In this document: positions 56,011 to 64,000 of the stretch, one piece after another | Layout of the letters: each line of letters begins with the position of its first letter | Position numbering within the stretch: the first letter of the stretch is position 1 | DNA from: Octopus vulgaris | Lineage: Eukaryota | DNA length: 64,000 nucleotides | Assembly: GCA_951406725.2 (NCBI GenBank) | Contig: OX597818.1 | Coordinates: 120,528,001 to 120,592,000 of the forward strand | Reading direction: 5' to 3' | Position numbers and translations under genes: made by a program | The notes under the pieces: model-generated | What the model was told of the DNA's origin: nothing | The model's database searches: none | Seen by the model: the letters and a program-made list of their open reading frames with translations, nothing else

Positions 56011-56679
56011 AAGAAATATTTGGTGCAACATAGGGTCTCTTCAGAACTAGATTCAATAGCCACAAGTCCTCCTTTAAATACAAGAGATGCTAAATGTCTC
56101 ATCAATAGTGAGGTATATATGGACATTGAAGGAAAGCGTTAGGCATTACGACATCAGGTGGAGGCTACTTAAAATGAATAAACTTTACTTAAATAGGTAG
56201 TAGGAGTTGCAGGATCTGCCTGGCCGAGAAAAATATCATACTAAAGAGCTTTCTTCACTTGTGCACCTACATATATTATAAAAGGGAGGTTTCCTCTTCC
56301 TTCCTCCATAAGTGTAAATTTGGCCATCTTCATGATGTGGTCGAACACACCATGAATATAAGCATCAAAGCAAGCCTATGGGTTTTCTCGTAACCGAAAT
56401 CTCAGGATTAATTTAAGTTGGGTATGACATTAATTTGGTGTCATACCCAACTGTGACATATGCATACATACACACATAGACATGGATTTTGGTCCGGGCG
56501 ATTTTGTTCAGGTTGCTTTTACAAGTGTCTTAAGTTTCGTGAACCGAACGAAATACCTTCAGCCCTCCACGTACATAAAGCCTACACATACCATTACTTT
56601 CGAGCTTTTCTGATGATTGCCGAGATTTTCCTCTGGATAGTAACTGGCCGTTATGAAAATTTATTGTTGTGGCTGCTAT

Positions 56680-57169
56680 TGTTGTTGTTTTACTTCTCAG
56701 AACGTTCGTTCTGCTTGTTTTGGTAGATTCTGTGCAAGCGGACAGCAGCTTGCTATCAGAGGTCTTACAGGGTTTCTTTCCGTACACCATAAGCTTTGAT
56801 ACTTGGTTGTTTAATTATCGTGGGAGACATTCAACATCCAAGTACCAATCTCAAAATCCAAACTGTCCCCAGCAGAGCAGTCTTTGGGGCTTGCTCTGCT
56901 CTCATGTCAATTCCGATTTCACTGACATATTTCTCCAACTTCATTGCTTGTGCTCCGAGTACCCCAACAAATACTGGAATGACAGACACTCTCCCCATAG
57001 TCCGCATTCTTGCAATTTCGTCTTTTAGTAGTCTGTACTTTTCAATCTTTTCTAGTACTTTGTCACTTATGCGTGCATCTCCAGGTATTGCAATATCTAT
57101 GATCTTGGTTTACTTTTTTCCTTAATCCACCATGACAATATCTGGTCTCCGATTAGCCTCGATTAGAAG

Positions 57170-57170
<1 letters not shown>
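56680..57170 (-). mobile_element. 3' fragment of an R4/Dong/NeSL-like LINE (restriction-like endonuclease domain)
   Basis: Minus translation RRPDIVMVD...IIDIAIPGDARISDKVLEKIEKYRLLKDEIARM...VIPVFVGVLGA; abuts an (ATT)n tract. Confidence 0.8.
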
Positions 57171-57234
<64 letters not shown>

Positions 57235-57253
57235 CATCATCATCATCATCATG

Positions 57254-57470
57254 AAGGCGGCGAGCTGGCAGAATCTTTAGCATGCTGGACGAGATGCTTA
57301 GCGGTATTTCGTCCGTCGCCATGTCCTGAGTTCAAATTCTGCCGAGGTCGACTTTGCCTTTCACCTTTTCGGGGTCGATAAATTAAGTACCAGTGAAGTA
57401 CTGGGATCGATATAATCGACTTTCCCCACCCCCAAATTTCAGGCCCTTGTGCCTATTGTAGTAAGGATTA
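57254..57470 (+). mobile_element. SINE family B with the alternative tail (CCCCAAATTTCAGGCCCTTGTGCC...AAGGATTAT)
   Basis: Head and core match 42711, tail differs. Confidence 0.88.
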
Positions 57471-57613
57471 TCATTATTATTAGGATGTCATGAAGACTGA
57501 CGTAAATCTTCACGAAGGTAAGTGAGCGCGATAAGATGTGTAATAGAGATTGACTTTGATTTATTATTAAACAGAATTTCGACAAGGGTTGTTGTGTTGC
57601 AAGAAGCTCGCTT

Positions 57614-57914
57614 GTGGACGCACATGGCCTAGTGGTTAGAGCAGCGGACTCGCAGTCGAGGGATCGCGAGTTCGAATCTCAGACCGGACGATGTGTGTGT
57701 TAATGAGCGAAACACCTAAACTCCACGAGGCTCCGGCAGAAGGTAATGGCGAACTTCTGCTGATTCTTTCGCCACAACTTTCTCTCACTCTTTCATCCTG
57801 CATCTTGCAGCTCACCTGCGTCGGACCGACGTCCCGTCCAGGTGGGGAACCTATACGCCAAGGAAACCGGGAAACCGACCCTTATGAGCCACGCGTGGCT
57901 CGAGAAGGAACAAA
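57614..57914 (+). mobile_element. tRNA-derived SINE with perfect 14-bp TSD
   Basis: CAAGAAGCTCGCTT at 57600-57613 and 57915-57928. Confidence 0.9.
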
Positions 57915-57930
57915 CAAGAAGCTCGCTTCC

Positions 57931-59647
57931 GGTTACCCATGATTCATTTGGTTTGTTGACTTTGAGTGAAACGGACGTGTTTTTTTTTACTGTGCGACGT
58001 TTTTCCTCTTGTGATGGAGGTGCGTCGAACGAAAAGTTGGGAGAATTTGAGGGGTTCTTCCCCAGAAGGTGATTCGTCTGAGGAGGAATTGGTTAATAAG
58101 ATGGACAAGGAAATAAAGAAGAACTATGCAGCGGCGGCCATAGAAAAAAATTAAAGAATATAATCAGGAAGATTTGAGTGAGTTGAAGGAAATGCTTGAA
58201 AGGGGGTGGGGAACGATGTGAAGGTGTTCTACCCCCAAAATGTATCAAAGGACAAGGAAGAAAGAACAATTGTATACAGATATTACGTCACAGCAACTAG
58301 GAAAATTGAAGTGGTGTCGGAGGCACAGGTGGAAAAGGCTCTGAGGTCAGTCTGGTAGGAGATAGCATACCTTGCCAGAAGTCAAAAATATGGAACGGTG
58401 GAGGTGCAGTTTAAGGAGATAGCAACTGCTAAATTGTACTCAGCCACACCGTTGAAAGCGGATGAGGTAGTACTGCTACCCATGTACCACAGGAGACGTA
58501 CAATCAGGGTTCAGGTGGAGGACATACCACCGGAAGTAAATGTGGCCTGGCTGGTGGCTACCATATTGCTGGGCATGGAGGAGAATGTAGTGGTCCTGCA
58601 GGCCACCAGAACGCTCCATAGGCACTGGAAATAAGAAACCCATGAAATGGTGGCACAGGTCGCGGAGGAAGACTTGAAAAAAATGGTCGAAAGTATCACA
58701 GTGGGAGAGTCGACTTTAAAGGTCAAAGTGGAAGGGAGAATCCCGCAATGTTATAAATGTGGCCTGAAAGGATGCCTTCCACCACTAGAAAAGGACAAGG
58801 AGAGACAGAGGGAAAAAGTGGTTGGTGTTACACGTCCTGAGGAGGAAGAAGAAAGTGAGGTGGAACCACAGAAAAAAGACAGGTACCAGCGTCGAAAAGG
58901 AGGAAGAATCGAACACCAGTTGGGAAATGGTGGAGAAGAAGAGCAGGAAGAGGAGGAAAAAGACACACATGGTAAAAAAATTACCTCAACCCACAACCAT
59001 CCAGCCCTCATACACACCCACTCTACTCCAACCACTCTCTACAGACACAAACCCTCCCCATGCCCAGTCTGACAAAAAAAAAAAAAGCAATTGCAAACAC
59101 ACAAGAGCCTCAAAACTACCCACCCGACCTGTAATGAAAAAATCGTATTAATGTACATTGGACAGATTCAGGAACTGTATAACGAAGTAAATTCGTGGGA
59201 CGGAATAGTCAAGGTGGATATAGCAGGTGTAAGGGGTCTTCCCGAGAATGATTATTGTATGCTGACGGACCTGGATAACCTGTGGAACGTGCATGGGTAT
59301 ATGGAAAACTGTGACAGTGAGTGGTGGTCCAAAAAAAGTGGACGCCAGCACAATGCCGGAAAAAATCAGATACTTGGACATTAAAAAAATATAATGTAGA
59401 CATTTTGGAAAAAGACCTGGATTAATTATTGTGTAAATAATTGTGTTCAAATTGTGTATCAAATTGGCTGTTGTAAAGAGTAATATAAATGGTGTTGCTA
59501 GAGGTTCTATGAGGTCACTCGGAGGTGGGGCCGACTGACTTCATTCCATCCTTCATTGTATAAATTCATTCATTCCATTCGTTTTCTTTTGTCCCCACCT
59601 TGTGCTGTGCCCTCTGTGTAAGGCCTTTGTGGCCAATTCATAAAATA
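57931..59647 (+). mobile_element. Non-autonomous Tx1/L1-like retroelement with a decayed ORF1-like frame and no RT
   Basis: RRTIRVQVEDIPPEVNVAWLVA...LKVKVEGRIPQCYKCGLKG (truncated zinc knuckle), with stops and frameshifts; pyrimidine-rich 3' tail ending AATAAAGAA; imperfect 15-bp TSD. Confidence 0.7.
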
Positions 59648-59900
59648 AAGAAGCTTGGTTCCGAACCACACGGTTCTGGGTTCAGTTCCACTGCGTGGCA
59701 CCTTAGGCAAGTGTCTTCTACTATAGCCTCGGGTACACCAATGCTGTTTGTGTAAATTTGGCAGACGGAAACTGAAAGAAGCCCGTCGTATATATATATG
59801 TGTGTGTGTGTGCGTGTGCGTGCACGTGTATTTGTGTTTGTCCCGCCACCATCGCTTGACAACAGATGTTGGTGTGTTTACGTCCCCGTAACACTAGCGT
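59648..59900 (+). mobile_element. Body of the SINE family A copy interrupted by the 57614-59647 insertions
   Basis: AAGAAGCTTGGTTCCGAACCACACGGTTCTGGGTTCAGTTCCACTGCGTGGCACC continues the head fragment at ~57586-57613. Confidence 0.75.
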
Positions 59901-60315
59901 TTGCGAAAGGATGAAAGGCAAAGAAACCTGAAAGCGCAGCCTGTGTTGCGTCTGTATCAAAAGACAGTCGCTCATCTGTAACTCATTGAAAAGTGAAAGA
60001 AATCGGAATACAATGATTAATATAGAGACACTTTATATAGACACTTTATATACTTTATGCACATTTTTATAGACTTAATACACAACACTCATAAAATGAA
60101 TATTCATTCTTATTTTTACATTTCCCCCAAAAACAAAACAAAAAGAAAATATCGCCGTACATATGATACAACCTTTAGTTAAATTTCATATATCTGCCAC
60201 GTAAATAAGTGTGAATATATCACGGAATTGCTCTTATGTGCATGCGTTAAGTGATAGGTGATATAAAAAAAAAACTAAGTTCAATCAAAAATAGATACTT
60301 ACCTTCACCACCGCC

Positions 60316-60401
<86 letters not shown>

Positions 60402-60473
60402 GGCGGTGGTGTGCTATTTTTGATTGAACTAGTTTTTTTATATCACCTATCACCAATTCCGTGATATATTCAC

Positions 60474-60705
60474 ACTGCTAAATTGTACTCAGCCACACCG
60501 TTGAAAGCGGATGAGGTAGTACTGCTACCCATGTACCACAGGAGACGTACAATCAGGGTTCAGGTGGAGGACATACCACCGGAAGTAAATGTGGCCTGGC
60601 TGGTGGCTACCATATTGCTGGGCATGGAGGAGAATGTAGTGGTCCTGCAGGCCACCAGAACGCCCCATAGGCACTGGAAATAAGAAACCCATGAAATGGT
60701 GGCAC

Positions 60706-60706
<1 letters not shown>
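60474..60706 (+). repeat. 233-bp direct duplicate of 58425-58657
   Basis: Identical except for one visible substitution (ACGCTCCATA vs ACGCCCCATA). Confidence 0.95.
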
Positions 60707-60754
<48 letters not shown>

Positions 60755-61129
60755 ATGTATATATGATATTAAATGCCTCACTGGATATCTTATTGAATAT
60801 TGAAAGTCACACCTTCTAAGTTTTGGCTATTCATTTTTGGATAGTTTCTAAATAATATTGCCATAAATTTTGAGGGGAAGTGCATATTCTATACAATTGA
60901 TTCCAGTAATTGATTGGCAGTTTATTTTATCGACATACGTGTGATGAGAAGTAATGTCGATTTGCACGGGATTTGAGCTCAGAATGTAAAGATCTGGAAC
61001 AAATAACACAAAACGTTTTCCGACGGTTTAACGATTCTAAATCATATAAATTTGGAGAAAATATTTCTTGATGAAAATAACACCTGAAGACGTTTTAGTA
61101 TTACATCTGGGTTGCTATGATTACAGCAG

Positions 61130-61287
61130 TTATCGATGGCTAAGTTTGATACGAATACCATTGGAAGGATTGAGTACCAAGTCAAAAGATGGCTCAAGCT
61201 CTTCTATTGTCTGTGTCGTTTCAAGATTAAATTTGTGGATGATTCGTGATATTACGACTTTCTCCTCTAACATAGCGAATTTCTGAC
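61130..61287 (-). CDS. Cytochrome P450, CYP4 clan, final coding exon
   Basis: Acceptor GATTTCAG, phase 1. (G)QKFAMLEEKVVISRIIHKFNLETTQTIEELEPSFDLVLNPSNGIRIKLSHR* completes the PRNCIG|QKFA motif. Confidence 0.93.
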
Positions 61288-61476
61288 CTGAAATCACAGA
61301 GAATAGATATTTTGAAAGTACTTTTGAATTCATTGAGTCACAGGAAAAAAATTAAAATAATTAGAGTAGCTTGTTAGATCAATCACATTTTTTAAATGCA
61401 AAATATCGCAAATACATGAATGAATGATATTTACATTGCTGAAGCAGAATAAAAGAGAAACATATTTGCATATATA

Positions 61477-61800
61477 GGCGCAGGAGTGGTTGTGTGGTAA
61501 GTAGCTTGCTTACCAACCACATGGTTTCGGGTTCAGTCCCACTACGTGGCACCTTGGGCAAGTGAAAGAAGCCCATTGTATATATGTGTGTGTGTATGTG
61601 TTTGTGTTTACCCCCCCCCCCCCAACATCGCTTGATAACCGATGCTGGTGTGCTTACATTCCCGTAACTTAGCGATAGAGTAAGTAATAGGCTTACAAAG
61701 AATAAATCTTGGGGTCGATTTGCTCGACTAAAGGCAGTGCTCCAGCATGGCCACAGTCAAATGACTGAAACAAGTAAAAGAGTAAAAGAGTAAAAAGAGT
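61477..61800 (+). mobile_element. SINE family A with internal deletions
   Basis: GGCGCAGGAGTGGTTGTGTGGTAAGTAGCTTGC head; AGTAAAAGAG tail repeats. Confidence 0.88.
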
Positions 61801-61849
61801 ATATATTCTTATAATATTTACACAATAAATTGAATAAAATTTATTATGA

Positions 61850-62155
61850 CCATAAAGGAGCACTCCGACGGTTACGACGACGAGGGTCCCAGCTGATACG
61901 ATCAACAGAATAGCTTGCTCTTGAAATCAACGTGCAAGTGGCTGAGCAATCCACCGACACGTGTATCCTTAACGTAGTTCACAAAGAAATTCAGCGTGAT
62001 GTAGAGTGTGATAAGGCTGGCCCTTTGAAATACAGGTATAACTTATTTTCGCCAGCTGAGTGAACTGGAGCAACGTGAATTAAAGTGCCTTGCTCAAGGA
62101 CACAATACGTCGCTTTACAATCGAATGCCCTAACCACTAAGCCACGCGACTTCAC
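61850..62155 (-). mobile_element. Chimeric SINE: core as in 27460-27797, tail as in 49143-49527
   Basis: CAGCTGAGTGAACTGGAGCAACGTGAA shared with ~27663; GCACTCCGACGGTTACGACGA shared (reverse complement) with ~49500-49525. Confidence 0.75.
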
Positions 62156-62672
62156 ATTATGATCACAACTTCTCCCTTTACATGTATACGAAGGAAGTAA
62201 AGAAGATAGTGTTGTTGTTGTTGTAATTGTTAAGCTCCAGCTAATGGTTAACCAAACGATCAGTACCTAACGTCTGTGACAACATTTAGTTATGAGTTAC
62301 TCTTTGAATTCTTCGGATGTGTAAACAAAAATTGTCTGGAGTGTATATTGATATTAATAATAATAAATAGACTTGTCACATTCGTAAAATTTAGCTTTTG
62401 TAAAATTATCTTCACCGTTCATACAAGGCGAGATAAAGAAATAAGTTGAAACGGAAATATTTTACAGAAAGTAAAGAATGCAATGATTTATAACTGGCAG
62501 AGGCTCTACACACCATTAGGAAGGCACGGTTGATCCTAGTACCTGTGACTTCCGGTGGAATAGGAACTTAGACTGAAAAGGGAAGCAAAGGTATGCAGAC
62601 GAAATCTTCCGACTTTCTGATAGTAAATTATTCAATGTAAAATAGAACACAGAAAAATATAATCACTATATA

Positions 62673-62839
62673 GGCGTAGGAGTGGCTGTGTGGTAAGTAG
62701 CTTGTTTACCAACCACATGGTTCCGGGTTCAGTCTCACTGCGTGGCACCTTGGGCAAGTGTCTTCTACTATAGCCTCGGGCCGACCAAAGCCTAGTGAGT
62801 GGATTTGGTAGACGGAAACTGAAAGAAACCCGTCGTATG

Positions 62840-62910
<71 letters not shown>

Positions 62911-63131
62911 ATATGTTTGTGTGTCTGTGTTTGTCCTCCCAGCATCACTTGACAACCGATGCTGGTGTGTTTACGTCCCCGTAACTTATCGATTCGGCAA
63001 AAGAGACCGATAGAATAAGTACTAGGCTTACAAAGAATAAGTCCTGGGGTCGATTTGCTCGACTAAAGGTGGTGCTCCAGCATGGCCACAGTCAAATGAC
63101 TGAAACAAGTAAAAGAGTAAAAGAGAAAGAG
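62673..63131 (+). mobile_element. Full-length SINE family A in the CYP intron
   Basis: A box TGGCTGTGTGG, B box GGTTCAGTCTC, internal (TA)(TG) microsatellite, AGTAAAAG tail. Confidence 0.92.
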
Positions 63132-63139
63132 TACTATGT

Positions 63140-63310
63140 ACATTAGACACCCTGATCTTTGAGCTACGCATCCTGTTGAGTATCCTACAAAGGAAACTCA
63201 TTTTTGTTGCTTATATTTACGATCGTATTCTTTCAGTCACTACCCAACATTCGTGACCAAAGGTGAGAATAGGCAAGGAAACCGATTTGAAGATAGCAAG
63301 TTGCAGTCCG
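63140..63310 (-). mobile_element. RTE-like LINE fragment
   Basis: LAIFKSVSLPILTFGHECWVVTERIRS is typical of the RTE post-RT region; related to ~33125. Confidence 0.65.
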
Positions 63311-63470
63311 CAAATCTTTCTGAAAATTGACTCACTAAAAAGAGAAATATTTTTTTTTTTAAAAAAGGAGTTTTTAAAGCACTTCCACCAAATCCCTATC
63401 AAACAACAACAACAACAACAACAACAACAATAACAACAACAATAACAAAAACGGCAACAACAGAACTTAC

Positions 63471-63647
63471 CTATGCAGTTACGAGGCCCTGCTGAGAATG
63501 GTATAAAGGCATGCGGTGACCTGTCGGTATCTTCTAGAAGAAATCTATCAGGATCGAATGTGTCTGGGTCTGGAAAGTTTTGGGGATCTCTATGTAGAGA
63601 AGAAATCACTATTGAGATAGGAGTACCCTTCTTTACTTCATGATGAC
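63471..63647 (-). CDS. Cytochrome P450, CYP4 clan, penultimate coding exon (PERF and heme-binding motifs)
   Basis: TTTACAG acceptor, GTAAGT donor, 177 nt. HHEVKKGTPISIVISSLHRDPQNFPDPDTFDPDRFLLEDTDRSPHAFIPFSAGPRNCIG; gene continues beyond the window. Confidence 0.96.
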
Positions 63648-64000
63648 CTGTAAATATAATTTCAGCATTTTGAATCTTAGTCACTACAATGTAAGATTGG
63701 TTTCAGATTTTGGCACAATGCCAGCAATTTCGGTGGAGGGTTTAAGTGGATTAAATCTACCCCAGTGCTCAACTGGTACTTATTTTATGGACCCCGAGGG
63801 GATGAAAGGCAAAGTCGATCTCAGTGGAATCTGAGATTTTTTTATGTCTGGATGAAAGACAAAATGATCATGGCTGGAGCGCTGTTCAATCAATGCTGAC
63901 TTGAAGTTTAAGCCACATCATAATCATTTGAAATTTTCGCACAAAGCCAGCGATTTCGGGCAAGATGGTAAGTCGATTACTTCAACCCCAGTGTTTAACT

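Noticed and set aside
58398-59384. Host zinc-finger gene
   Set aside because: Intronless, with stops and frameshifts, flanked by a TSD and a retroelement tail; it is an ORF1-like relic.
63217-63470. Cys-rich extension of the P450 ORF
   Set aside because: Intron read-through across a (TTG)n microsatellite and an RTE fragment; the real donor is at 63470.

Overview
AT-rich eukaryotic genomic DNA dense in microsatellites and SINEs. The repeat families resemble those I associate with Octopus (coleoid cephalopod); this is an inference. Almost all ORFs in the supplied track are microsatellite artefacts. Two real genes can be read by hand, both on the minus strand. (1) A complete 6-coding-exon CYBC1/EROS orthologue (CDS 41506 to 30742, 213 aa, all GT-AG introns, phases consistent). 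(2) The last two coding exons of a CYP4-clan cytochrome P450 (63647-63471 and 61287-61130). The first ~26 kb is relatively poor in transposons and looks like the 3' end of an unidentified plus-strand gene. It has five candidate 3' splice sites, each opening a short GC-richer coding tail and followed by poly(A) signals, which suggests tandem alternative last exons. Between them lie several long imperfect fold-back structures, some rich in G-U pairs on the plus strand, which are candidate ADAR or hairpin-RNA substrates. The rest is a nested repeat landscape: a decayed mariner, hAT/Mutator/Tc1-type MITEs, RTE, CR1-like and R4/Dong-like LINE fragments, modular tRNA-derived SINEs, Penelope-type repeats with minimal hammerhead-like motifs (one fused to a tRNA-derived head), and an ORF1-only Tx1/L1-like element that shares its 3' tail with a SINE family. 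All family assignments come from motif recognition, not database searches.
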